Source of the DNA: Squalus acanthias
Lineage: Eukaryota
NCBI GenBank assembly: GCA_030390025.1
Contig: CM059432.1
Span: forward strand, 97,528,001 to 97,592,000
DNA: 64,000 bases
Direction: 5' to 3'
Shown here: one piece after another, positions 39,707-52,260 of the stretch
Layout of the letters: every line of letters starts with the position of its first letter
Position numbering within the stretch: position 1 is the first letter of the stretch
Made by a program: the position numbers and the translations under genes
Notes under the pieces: model-generated
Database searches by the model: none
What the model saw: the letters and a program-made list of their open reading frames with translations, nothing else
Told to the model about the DNA's origin: nothing

Positions 39707-40428
39707 TTATGATTGAAGATTATTCATTTTTGCCCCCAAATGACATATATCAAAGTGATTAATTCAATTTGTCATTTTATTGCCCATTTTTCACTAATAA
39801 TTACTGCAGTTTTGTTTAGTGATATTGATAGTTTATTTCAAATATAGCATGATATGAAAGAAAATATTTAATTTCATGGTTTTCATTGGCCAGAATTTTC
39901 TGGGGTCCGTGCGGGTGCGATCGGTGGCAGGTCAGGTGGGAAATTTGAAATATCTTGCAGTGGGTCTGGAACCCGCTGTCATCCCGCCCCCACACCTTTC
40001 CCTCGAACGCGTTTGCCGGCACGGCAGCGACACGAACGGCAGAGGCGGGCGAGCTAATTGAAATCATTATTAGGTACTTCTCAGAGACTTAAGAGTTTAT
40101 TTAACCCTACCTTTCAAATTTCACTGGATGACCACGGGAATCACACAGCTCGGGAACCACATCTGTGAACCTGAGGTGTAAGTTAAGTAGCCATTGATCC
40201 ACCTCATTCGTGCACAACTTGGCAAGTACAATAAGAACTCCCACCTCACAGCTGATCACTTTCCTTAGGCTGTTGCTGACTGCATTTCCAGCACAGATTT
40301 AGCTTTCTAGAGGCAGCAAGTGTTTTCAGCAAAGTCACCACCCAGTGTCACCTCATTGTTAGAATCTATCACATCATTGACAGATTGATCCTGTCATCTC
40401 TACTTGACGTGCCATCTAGTCCATCAGC

Positions 40429-41669
40429 ATGGGTGCCATTTATACAGTCTCACCTTGGTCCTCAGAATTGGACCACAATGAGCCCCAACACCAGCAACAC
40501 CAGGCACACCAGCAGCACCAACAACAACACCACCAACCTTCTCCTCATCCACCTGATGCTGCACAGGACAGAGGGCATCAGTGCAGGGCTGCACCGCGCC
40601 GGAGGCGATACCCCCAACACAGGGTATACTGGCAGAGGATGAGCTTCCTCAACATGACTGAGCAGCAGTGCCAAAGGAGGCTCAGGTTATCACACCAGGT
40701 CACCGCAGACATTTGCACATTGCTGGAGGAAGACCTGCAGCCCAGAGCAGCAGGTGGACACGCTTTACCAGTGGCTGTTAAAGTCACTAATGCCCTCAAC
40801 TTCTTTGCCTCAGGCTCTTTCCAGGGATCTGCAGCAGACATTTGTGGCATCTCGCTGTCGGCCACCCACAGATGCATCACACAGGTCACCGATGCCCTGT
40901 TTGACATGTCAGCCAATTATATCAACTTTGTCACTGATGAAGCCAGTGTTACTGAGTGGACACTGGGCATTGCCACTCTGGCTGGCTTCCCATGGGTGTC
41001 ATCGACTGTACACATGTGGCCATCAGGACACCCCATCATCACCCAGGAGTCTTTGTCAACTGCAAGGGCTTCCACTCCCTCAATATGCAGCTCATCTGCA
41101 ACTATAGGAAGATCATCATGCATGTGTGCGCCAAATTCCTTGGCAGCTGCCATGACTCTTTCATCCTGCGTCAGTTCAGCCTCCCTCAGCTCTTCACTCC
41201 TCCAAACAGACTTTCCGGCTGGCTGCTTGGAGACGAGGGCTATCCACTGAAGACGTGGCTCATGAGACCCTTGAGGAGCCCAAGCAATGAGGCCGAGGAG
41301 AGATATAATGAAAGCTACATTTCCACCAGATATGTCATAGAGCAGACAATAGGCATGCTCAAAATGCGCTTCAGATGCCTTGACAGATCTGGAGGAGCCC
41401 TTCAGTACGCACCAGCCAAGGTCTCCAGAATCATCGTGGTCTGCTGCGTGCTGCACAACATAGCGCAGCAGCGAGGATTAACGCTGCAAGAGGAGCAAGG
41501 CACTGATTGCACAGCCTCTTCAGAGGAGGAGGAGGAGAAGCAGGAGGAGATTCAGCTGGAAGACAAGGAGGAGGAGCAGGAGGAGCCTGCAGTACAGATC
41601 CCACCAGCACCCGAGCACATTTCTACCCGGGAGGCTAGGGATGGGCTAATCATGTCCAGATTTACTTAA
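40429..41669 (+). pseudogene. Harbinger DDE transposase with one frameshift near 40995
   Basis: ORFs 40429-41250 and 40956-41669 join; VIDCTHV, CHDS, LLGDEGY and [16 protein letters not shown] motifs. Confidence 0.93.
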
Positions 41670-44102
41670 GTTTACGCAGTATGGCTCCCACATGCTGTGC
41701 CAGGTTGGCACCACCCCACAGCAACACTATAAAGCATCCGTACAATGCCCAAGCCATTCTTTTCACACTGGCCATCATTGCTGGAGGTAACATTATGTCT
41801 CACCATTCACTCCAACACACAAAGCCACTTACAAAGGTGCGCAGAGATTTGTCCATGTGATGAAAGTGGTGAAAATAAAGATTTTTATGTGTGACATTAC
41901 AGTAACAGAAACTTTAGAGAATCATTTAACATGACACCCAAGTGGCCACCCTTGTGAATCTACTTGTGTTTCATTTTTCGCTTGCATGTGATTCTACGAG
42001 GTGCTACCCCATGGCTTCAGCAGATATAGAGGCAGCCTGCTCACTTTCCTGCTGCAACTGCTTAGATGCTTTTGGCAGACGTCCTCTGGATTTTGGAGCC
42101 TCTGATGACCCCGCCAAAATCTGCACCTCCTGCGACTGTGCAGGGGCAGACTAGGCCATCGTTATCCGAGGAGGCATCTGACTGAGGAGGTAGCAACGGG
42201 GGAGAAGTGTGAGAGGAGCCCCCACTTCCATGTCTCCTCTCACCATCATCCCTCTCATGGGTCACCCGCACTTCCCTGCTAGCAAGGAGTTGGAGAGCAC
42301 CTTGCTGCACAGCAGTGGGGCCATGAGGACCCACGTCTACATTGGCATCCCTCCCAGAGAGGAGGTCTATGAGCCTCTGCCATCTATTCTCCATAGAGAC
42401 CATGTGCTCCTGTGAGTGGCTCATTAGCTGCTCCATGCCGGTGGCTATCCTTTCCACGGAGGAGCCTACAGTCGCCATCGCCTGCGACACAGTGATGCTC
42501 ATGTTGGAGATGGACTCCTCCATTCTTTGCACATTTGCAGACATTGCACTCGCAAAACCTGTCAAAGCCTCCTGCACTTCTTGCTGCACCTCCAGGATTG
42601 CCCTCTTTCTGGATGGCCCCCGAGGCTCAGCGCCTGCATGCAGCTGAGCAGAGCTGGGAGCCTCCTGCGCCCTCTGGCAAGGAGTCTTCACTGCTGTCCC
42701 TGTCTCCACCATCTGCTCTTGCTCACTTGTGACTTGTGAGACACCAGGTGACAACACTATTCTATCTCGTGTGGCACCCACCGATGTGTGCGTATCTGTG
42801 CTGGTGCTGGGTGTGCTCTCAGAGGCTGGAGGATCCTCTGAGGAGTCATTGTCCTCTTCAGTGGCGGGGGGGGGGGAGATGGGGGGGGGGCTCTTGATGG
42901 GCCTGTGGGAGAGTAAAGAGATGAGTTAGAAATGTCATATGAAGAATGGCTACAGATAGCATTATGCACATGATGAACATTCACTGGCTGCTGACATCAG
43001 TCCCCAAATGAGTGACTGATGTATGCCATGTAGTTCTATGATATGTAATTCTGTCACCAGGTTGCTGAGATGTCCCCCTCTCTCCGTCTCCCACCTCCAG
43101 CTGCTCGGCAACTCCAAAAACTTCCTCTGCTGATGTTAGGGTCGCCAATGATGGTGTTCCACCTCCAGTTCTCTCCCTCTCCCTCTTATTATGGGCTCTC
43201 TTTTCCTGCAAGGAGGGAAAGAAGAGAAGGTTGAGTGAGAGTGATGGAATGAGTGAAATAATGGATAGGTTAGATCTTTAGAGGGAGACTGTGATGGAGT
43301 GGGGTACCAAAGCCAAGTGGCCTCCTTGTGTGTTGTTAGTTGGTATGTTTGCATTAGGATGAGGGTGAGTGTGTGAGGGGTGGTTAGTCAGATGGGGATG
43401 TGATAATGTAGACAGAGAGAGAGGGATGGGTGGACGATCAAGGTATGTTGGTGTGAGTAAGGATGTGCAGCAGCAGGGTTGGGAAGGCAGGGGGATGGGC
43501 ACCAGGATGTAACATTAGAAAGGGGAAATAAAGTGCTCAAAGGATTGGGAGAGGCAGAGAGTACTAAAGTAAGAAATAGTAATTTATTAGGTGGGGTCAA
43601 ACTAAGAGAGAATACAGGATGGTCTAAGATGGGTTTATTGTGTATGTATGTGAACGCACAAAGCGTAGTAAACAAGGTAAGTGATCTGCAGGCACAAATA
43701 GCCACATGGGAATATGGTGTTGTGGCAATAATTGAAACCTGGCTCATAAAAGGGCAGGATCGGGTATTAAATATTCCTGGTTATAAGGTGTTAAGGAAAG
43801 ATAGCAGGTGGTGTGGCAGTATTGGTTAAGGAGAATGTTACAGTGCTGGAGAGGGAGGATGTCCTGGAGGTGTCAAGGACAGAATCTATATGGCTAGAGT
43901 TAAGAAACAATAGAGGTGCCATTACACTACTAGGTGTATTCTATAGACCACCAAATAGTGGGAAAGATATAGAGGAGCAATTTTGCAGAGAAATTACAGA
44001 GAGATGCGAGAACTATAGCGTAGTAATAATGGGGGACTTCAACTATCCTAATATAAGAAGTCGCACAACACCAGGTTATAGTCCAACAGATTTATTTAAT
44101 TT

Positions 44103-44140
44103 TACAAGCTTTCGAAGCAGTTCGCTCCTTCGTCAGGTAA
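44103..44140 (-). ncRNA. Minimal hammerhead ribozyme-like motif (left pLTR)
   Basis: Reverse complement reads CTGACGA-A-GGAGC-gaact-GCTTC-GAAA-GCTT. Confidence 0.7.
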
Positions 44141-46769
44141 GTTAGCAATGAGAGAATCTCCCAGAATTCACAATTTAAACCCAGACAAAATCTATTCACA
44201 TTATTCCTTACAACAAAGAGCACAGCCAAGACAATGAGATGTGTCCCAGGGGGTCCAACGTGTCAAACCACCTGCTGGCTGCATATCCTGTCAATTTGTG
44301 TTCTTGTGTTTAAAAAAAAACACCTGGGAAGACCGGTCAAGATGTCAAGTCACGTTCTGTATCGTGACATGAACCCGATATCGCGATTGAGGCCATCCTC
44401 ATGAGTGCGGAACTTGGCTATCAGTTTCTGCTCTATGATTTTGCGCTGTCGTGTATCTCGAAGGCCGCCTTGGAGAACGCTTACCCGCAGATCCGAGGCT
44501 GAATGCCCCTGGCTGCTGAAGTGTTCCCTGACTGGGAGGCAACCCTCCTGCCTGGCGATTGTTGCGCGGTGTCCGTTCATACGTTGTCTCAGTGTCTGCA
44601 TGGTCTCGCCGATGTACCATGCTCTGGAGCATCCTTTACTGCAACGTATCAGGTAGACAACATTGGCCGAGTCACATGAGTATGTACCGTGTACCTGGTG
44701 GGTAGTGTCCTCACGTGTAATGATGGTATCTGTGTCCATGATGTGGCATGTCTTGCAGAGGTTGCCGTGGCAGGGTTGTGTGGTGTCTTGGTTGCTGTTC
44801 TCCTGAAAGATGGGTAATCTGCTGCGAACGATGGTACTTTTGAGGTTAGGCGGCTGCTTGAAGGCGAGTAGTGGAGGCGTGGGGATGGCCTTAGCAAGGT
44901 GTTCGTCGTCATCGATGACATGTTGAAGGCTGCGAAGAACATGGCGTAGTTTTTCCGCTCCGGGGAAGTACTGGACGACGTAGGGTACTCTGTTGGTTGT
45001 GTCCCGTGTTCGTCTTCTGAGGAGGTCTATGCGGTTTTTCGCTGTGGCCCGTCGGAACTGTCGATCGACGAGTCGAGCGTCATATCCCGTTCTTACGAGG
45101 ACGTCTTTCAGTGTCCGTAGGTGTCCATCGCGTTCCTCCTCGTCTGAGCAGATCCTGTGTATTCGCAGGGCTTGTCCATAGGGGATGGCTTCTTTAACGT
45201 GGTTAGGGTGGAAGCTGGAGAAGTGGAGCATCGTGAGGTTGTCCGTGGGCTTGCGGTAGAGTGAAGTGCTGATTGAATGAAACCGATTCTGAGGAGTAGT
45301 CCATGGTGAGTTTGATGGTGGGATGGAACCTGTTGATGCTATCGTGTAGTCCTTTCAGTGATCCTTCGCCGTGGGTCCAAAGGAAGAAGATGTCGTCGAT
45401 GTATCTGGTGTACAGCGTTGGTTGGAGGTCCTGTGCAGCGAAGAAGTCTTGCTCGAACTTGTGCATGAAGATGTTGGCGTATTGGGGTGCGAATTTGGTC
45501 CCCATGGCTGTTCCGTGTGTTTGGGTGAAAAAATGGTTGTCGAAGGTGAAGACATTGTGGTCAAGGATGAAGCGGATGAGTTGTAGGATGGCATCCGGAG
45601 ATTGGCTGTTGTTGGTGTTGAGTACTGAGTCTGTCGCAGCGATGCCGTCATTGTGGGGGATATTGGTGTAGAGTGCCGATACGTCCATTGTGACGAGGAG
45701 TGTTCCTGGTTCAACTGGTCCATGGGTGCTGAGTTTCTGCAAGAAGTCTGTAGTGTCGCGACAGAAGCTGGGGGTTCCCTGTACGATGGGTTTCAGGATG
45801 CCCTTGACGTACCCAGAGAGGTTCTCACACAGGGTTCCGTTGCCTGATACGATAGGACGTCCGGGTGTGTTGGCTTTGTGTATCTTTGGGAGGCAGTAAA
45901 AGTCTCCTACGCGGGGAGTACGTGGGATGAGAGCGCGTAGGATGTTTTGAAGGTCTGGATCGAAGGTCTTTATCAGTCTATTGAGTTGGCGGGTGTGTTC
46001 TTTGGTCGGATCTGCGGGTAGCTGTCTGTAGTGTTCCTGGTTGTCCAGTTGTCGGTATGCTTCTTTGCAATAGTCCATTCTGTTCTGTATGACGATGGCT
46101 CCTCCTTTGTCCGCTGGTTTGATGACGATGTTGCGGTTGGTCTTGAGTGCGTGGATGGCATTGCGTTGTGCTCGGGTGACATTCTGGACTGTCTTGTGAG
46201 TACGGCTGATGAATCTGGCGTTGATGCATTTCCTGACAGCTTGAGCATACATGTCAAGCTTAGGGTTGCAGTAAAGGATGCTCCAGAGCATGGTACATCG
46301 GCGAGACCATGCAGACACTGAGACAACGTATGAACGGACACCGCGCAACAATCGCCAGGCAGGAGGGTTGCCTCCCAGTCGGGGAACACTTCAGCAGCCA
46401 GGGGCATTCAGCCTCGGATCTGCGGGTAAGCGTTCTCCAAGGCGGCCTTCGAGATACACGACAGCGCAAAATCATAGAGCAGAAACTGATAGCCAAGTTC
46501 CGCACTCATGAGGATGGCCTCAATCGCGATATCGGGTTCATGTCACGATACAGAACGTGACTTGACATCTTGACCGGTCTTCCCAGGTGTTTTTTTTTAA
46601 ACACAAGAACACAAATTGACAGGATATGCAGCCAGCAGGTGGTTTGACACGTTGGACCCCCTGGGACACATCTCATTGTCTTGGCTGTGCTCTTTGTTGT
46701 AAGGAATAATGTGAATAGATTTTGTCTGGGTTTAAATTGTGAATTCTGGGAGATTCTCTCATTGCTAAC

Positions 46770-46807
46770 TTACCTGACGAAGGAGCGAACTGCTTCGAAA
46801 GCTTGTA
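46770..46807 (+). ncRNA. Minimal hammerhead ribozyme-like motif (right pLTR)
   Basis: CTGACGA at 46774-46780, stem II GGAGC/GCTTC, GAAA at 46797-46800, palindromic AAGCTT. Confidence 0.7.
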
Positions 46808-49164
46808 AAATTAAATAAATCTGTTGGACTATAACCTGGTGTTGTGCGACTTCTCATTTTTGTCCACCCCAGTCCAACGCCGGCATCTCCACATCATATC
46901 CTAATATAGACTGGGATCGTAATAGTGTCAATAGCAGAGAAGGGGAAGAATTTCTGAAGTGTTTCAGGAGAACTTTCTTGATCAGTATGTTACCGGCCCG
47001 GCGAGGGAGGAGGCATTGCTGGATCTGGTTCTGGGGAATGAGGTAGGTCAGGTGGAGCAAGTGTCAGTAGGTGAACTTTTAGGGCACATTGATCATAGTA
47101 TCATAAGGTTTGGATTAGCTATGGAAAAGGAGAGGAAGCAATCTAGAGTAAAAATGTTTAACTGGGGGAAAGCCAATTTCAGTGGGATGAGAACGGATCT
47201 GGCCCGGGTAATCTGGAATCAATGATTGGCAGGCAAAACTGTAATGGAACAATTAGCTGCCTTTAAAGAGGAAATAGTTCAGGTACAGTTCAGGTACATT
47301 CCCACTAGGGGGAAAGGCAAGGCAACTAAAGTCAGGGCTCCCTGGATGATGAAACAGATAGAGAATATGATGAAGCAGAAAAAGAGCGCGAATGACAGAT
47401 GTCAGGTTGCAAATACATCTGAGAATCAGGCTATATATAGAAAGGTCAGAGGAGAATTGAAAAAGAAAGTAAGAGGGGCAAAGAGAAGGTATGAGAATAG
47501 AATGGCAGCCAACATAAAAGGTAATCCAAAAGTCTTCTACAGGCATATAAATAGCAAAAGGCGAGTAAGAGGAGGGGTGGGGCCGATTAGGAACCAAAAA
47601 GGAGACCTATGCATGGAGGCAGAAGGTATGGCTGAGGTACTAAACGAGTACTTAGCATCTGTCTTCACCAAGGAAGAGGATGCTGCCATAGACATAGTGA
47701 AGGAGGAGGTAGTGGAGACATTTGAAAGGATAAAAATTGATAAAGAGGAGGTATTAGAAAGGCTGGCTGTATTTAAAGTAGATAAATCACCAGGAGTGGA
47801 TGGGATGCATCTTAGGATGCTGAGGGAATTGAAGGCGGAAATCGCGGAGGTACTGGCCATAATATTCCAATCCTCCATAGATACGGGAGTGGTGCCAGAG
47901 GACTGGAGAATTGCAAATGTTACACCATTATTCAAAAAAGGGTGTAAAGATAAACCTGGCAACTACAGGCCAGTCAGTTTAACCTCGGTAGTGGGGAAGC
48001 TTTTAGAAACAGTAATCAGGGACAAAATTAACAGTCACTTGGATAGGTATGGATTAATTAAGGAAAGCCCACATGGATTTGTTAAAGGCAAATCGTGTTT
48101 ATCCAACTTGATCGAGTTTTTTGATGAGGTAACAGAAAGGGTTGATGAGGGTAATGCAGTTGACGTGGTGGACATGGATTTCCAAAAGGCGTTTGATAAA
48201 GTGCCACATAATAGTCTTGCCAGCAAAGTTGAAGCCCATGGAATAAAAGGGACAGTGGCAGCATGGATACGAAATTGGCTAAGGGACAGGAAACAGAGAG
48301 TAGTGGTGAATGGTTGTTTTTCTGACTGGAGGAAGGTATACAGTGGTGTTCCCCAGGGGTCGGTTCTAGGACCACTGCTTTTCTTGATATATATTAATGA
48401 CTTGGACATGGGTGTAGCGGGCACAATTTCAAAATTTGCAGATGACACAAAACTTGGAAGTATAGTAAACAGTGAGGAGGAGAGTGATAGACTTCAGGAG
48501 GTCATAGACAGGCTGGTGAAATGGGTGGACACGTGGCAGATGAAATTTAACGCAGAAAAGTGTGAAGTGATAAATTTTGGTAGAAAGAATGAGGAGAGGA
48601 CATATAAACTAAAGGGTACAATCCTAAACAGGGTGCATGAACAGAGAGACCTAGGGGTATGTGTGCACAAATCGTTGAAGGTGGCAGGGCAGGTTGAGAA
48701 AACAGTTAAAAAGGCTTCATAAATAGAGGTATAGAGTACAAAAGTGTGGAAATTATGATTAACCTGTATAAAACACTGATTCGGCCCCAACTGTGTCCAA
48801 TTCTGGGCACCGCACTTTAGGAAGGATGAGAAGGCCTTAGAGAAGGTGCAGAAAAGATTTACGAGAATGATTCCAGGACTGAGGGACTTCAGTTACGTTG
48901 ATAGACTGGAGAAGCTGGGGTTGATCTCCTTGAAGCAGGGAAAATTGAGAGGAGATTTGATAGAGGTGTTCAATATCATGAGGGGTCTAGACAAAGTAGA
49001 TAGAGAGAAATTGTTCCCATTGGCAGAAGGGTGGAGAACCAGAGGACACAGATTTAAGGTGATTGGCAAAAGAATCAAAGGCGACGTAAGAAAAAAAACT
49101 TTTTTATGCAGCAAGTGGCTAAGATCTGGGATGCACTGCCTGAAAGGGTGGTGGAGGGAGAAAA

Positions 49165-49934
49165 ATAGAAAAACATATAAACATAGAAAAATAGGAGCAG
49201 GAGTAGGCCATTCAGTCCTTTGAGCCTGCTCCGCCATTCAATATGATCATGGCTGATCCTCTATCTCAATACCATATTCCCACTCTCTCCCCATACCACT
49301 TGATGCCTTTTGTGTCTAGAAATCTATCTATCTCCTTCTTAAATATATTCGGTGACTTGGCCTCCACAGCCTTCTGTGGTAGAGAATTCCACAGGTTCAC
49401 CACCATCTGAGTGAAGAAATTTCTCCTCATCTCAGTCCTAAATGTCCTACCCCGTATCCTGAGACTGTGACCCCTCGTTTTAGAACCCCCAGCCAGGGGA
49501 AACATCCTCCCTGCATCCAGCCTGTCTTGCCCTGTCAGAATTTTATACGTTTCAATGAGATCCCCTCTCATTCTTCTAATCTCTAGTGAATACAGGCCTA
49601 GTCGACCCAATCTCTCCTCATATGACAGCCCTGCCATCCCAGGAATCAGTCTGGTGAACCTTTGCTGCACTCCCTCTATGGCAAGTATATCCTTTCTTAG
49701 GTAAGGAGACCAAAACTGCACACAGTACTCCAGGTGTGGTCTCACCAAGGCCCTGTACAACTGTAGTAAGACATCCTTGTTCCTGTACTCAAATCCTCTT
49801 GCAATGAAGGCCAACATACCATTTGCCTTCCTAACTGCTTGCTGCACCTGCATGTTTGCTTTCAGTGACTGGTGTACAAGAACACCCAGGTCCCTTTGTA
49901 CATCAGCATTTCCCAATCTAGCACCATTTAAATA
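49165..49934 (-). mobile_element. CR1 3' fragment nested in the larger CR1
   Basis: ORF 49266-49916 is an uninterrupted CR1 C-terminus. Confidence 0.93.
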
Positions 49935-52260
49935 ATATCATTAGATCAGGAAAGGTGAGTAGAAAGCTGCCTCTCATCACATCCCCATCACTTGAATCAT
50001 AGAATCATGGAATGGTTACAGCATGGAAACTCAATCTTATCTTTCAAAAGGGAGTTGGATAAGTATCTGAAGGAAAAAAAATTGCAGGGCTACAGGGAAA
50101 GGGCAGGGGAGTGGGAATAGTTGAGAGTCAGCATGGATTCGATGGGCCGAATGACCTTCTTCCGTGCTGTAACCATTCCATGATTCTATGATTCAAGTGA
50201 TGGGGATGTGATGAGAGGCACAGCAGGATGAAGTTGAGTGCAGCTTTCTGCTCACCTTTCCTGATCTAATGATATAATTGAATGCTTCCGGCACTGCACC
50301 CAGGTCCTCCTGACCGCATCCCTGCTGTTTACCTTCTCTGCTATTTGGAGCCAGGTTCTTTTGGTCTCCTGGGGAGGTCTCATCCACCCATTAGAAGGGA
50401 AGAGGACCTCCCTGCATGCTCTAACTCCCTGCACAAGCATATGGAGGGAGTCATCGGAGAACCTGGGTGCAGCCCTCTGTCTCAGTGCAGTCATATTTGG
50501 CACTCTTTCCAGCAGTCCAATTGTGCAGTGTGCCGCCTGCACACTCCTAGATGAACCTTCAAATGCAATGTGGCCATGGCTCCTTTAAATGTCCCAGCTG
50601 AAAACGTGTCATCGATGATGTCATCAGACCCGCACCATTTAATAGGGCCGGGTAACGAGCAGGGCAGCCTTAATAGGCCCAATTAATGCAAAGCTGATCT
50701 GAGGAGCGGCATGGAATCAGGAACGGGGTCGCGACCCGCCATGGTGACTGCCCGCCCAGGTACGGAAAATTCCGGCCAAAGAAATCTGTCCAGCAGGGTT
50801 TTTTTTGAAAAAAACAAGGTATTGTTAAACTCCAGCAGTAAAAGGAAGCTGGATTCTCAGCTGAAACGAGTTCATTTGATGTACCCTTGGTTGTTGTTAG
50901 TTCAATAGCCTCACACTCTTGAGCTCCGCAATATTCCCACCCAGTGTCCTTAATTATGTCATTAACTCAATGTTTAAAAGGGAATATTCTAAGAATAAAC
51001 AGAAATAGATCACATCTCTTTCTTCAGGCATAATTTTTTTGTGATGCATCTTCAACGCCACTTTTACTTGGTAAATTACCACAAATGAAGATGCTAGATT
51101 TTCCTTGCCAACCAAAGATCGAAAAGGTTGCAAGTCTTTTGTGCAGACTTATAGGGGGAATTTTAAGCTGGAGCAGTGGGTTTAGGTACGGGTGAAGGGT
51201 TAAAGTCGCTGAAAATGTGATCGTGTCCGGAAGCGCGCCAACGCGCTGACGTCCGGATTTAACTCAGGCGTGTTTGGCTGGTTGCGCGTAACCCACTCTG
51301 GAGAGGCTGGTTAGCGATTTAAATATGCAAATGCATGAATTCCTGCTATATTTTAACAGGTATTTAAATTTAATGGCACATCCATGGGTTTCCCGGGCTT
51401 CCTGAATCTCGCTATTGAAACCAAGTCGAGAATACAATGGCAATTCATGGGGCTCATTAAAAGGCAGGCAAATACAACAATAAATACTCACTAGTCACAA
51501 CTGCTTTCTTACCTCCACTGGGAAAGAGTTTCTTGAGAGTTCTTGTCGTGAGAGGTTAGTTTCTGCAATTTGGAGGTATTGAGACTCAGATCAGGATGGG
51601 TGGCACCTTGGCTGCCTTAAATTGGACCTCAGACGAGGACCAAGATGACGATCAGCAACAACAGTTTGCTGTTGAAAGACCCACGGGTGTTGAGCAGAGA
51701 GGGGAGCAGCAGAGGGGTCAAGCTTGCAGGAGGCACTACCCGTGAAACAGGGCTAACAGGCAGAGGCTGAGTTTCCTTGACCTCTCGGAAGAGCAGTACT
51801 TCCGGAGGCTCAGGTTGTCGCATCAGGTGGTGGCAGAAATCTGCAGCCTCCTAGAAGAAGACCTGCTCCCTGCTGGACCTGGTGGCCAGACATTACCAGT
51901 GGCTGTGAAAGTGACCACCGCCCTGAACCTTTTTGCCTCCGGATCCTTCCAGGACTCTACCGAAGACATATCCTGGATCTCCCAGTCGTCTGCATATAAA
52001 AGAAAGTCTTGCATTTATATCGCGCCTTTCACGACAACTGGACATCTCAAAGCGCTTTACAGTCAATGAAGTACTTTTGAAGTAGAGTTACTGTTGTAAT
52101 GTGGGAAACACAGCAGCCAATTTGCGCACAGCAAGCTCCCACAAACAGCAATGTGATAATGACCAGATAATCTGTTTTTGTTATGTTGGTTAAGGGAGAA
52201 ATATTGGCCAGGGCACCAGGGATAACTTTTCGAAATCGTGCCATGGGATATTTTACTACA

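Larger units (their letters stand above)
44056..46896 (-). mobile_element. Penelope-like element (Neptune-type Cys linker), 5'-truncated, with inverted pseudo-LTRs
   Basis: RT (GTAMG, YIDDIF), CxxxxCxxC linker, GIY-YIG (VVYLIRC...WYIGET); 590-bp inverted repeats 44056-44645 and 46265-46854; 42-nt tail; 12-bp TSD TATCCTAATATA. Confidence 0.96.
43490..50192 (+). mobile_element. CR1 LINE with near-complete APE-RT ORF2, interrupted by Penelope and a second CR1
   Basis: APE (YVNAQS, ETW, GDFNYP) at 43640-44055 resumes at 46909; RT ORF 47226-48722; 3' end at 50029-50192. Confidence 0.93.
41927..50494 (-). pseudogene. Harbinger Myb/SANT-like gene, 3 exons (~50494-50256, 43205-43058, 42902-~41927)
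   Basis: Exon 1 MTALRQRAAPRFSDDSLHMLVQGV...WVQCRK; exon 2 EKRAHNKRERERTGGG; GT-AG junctions. Confidence 0.82.
39887..50778 (+). mobile_element. PIF/Harbinger element 3, both TIRs present, with nested CR1/Penelope/CR1
   Basis: TIR TGGCCAGAATTTTC / GAAAATTCCGGCCA; transposase and 3-exon Myb gene inside; TSD not clearly preserved. Confidence 0.85.

Noticed and set aside
11487..41669. Domesticated HARBI1 or NAIF1/MSANTD host genes
   Set aside because: Multiple copies with stops and frameshifts, embedded in TIR-bearing elements.
45203..46351. Intact autonomous Penelope or telomerase-like gene
   Set aside because: The N-terminus of this ORF comes from the inverted pLTR; the element is 5'-truncated and frameshifted by a deletion near 45270.
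47253..48790. Long antisense ORFs over CR1
   Set aside because: Shadow frames of the CR1 RT coding sequence.
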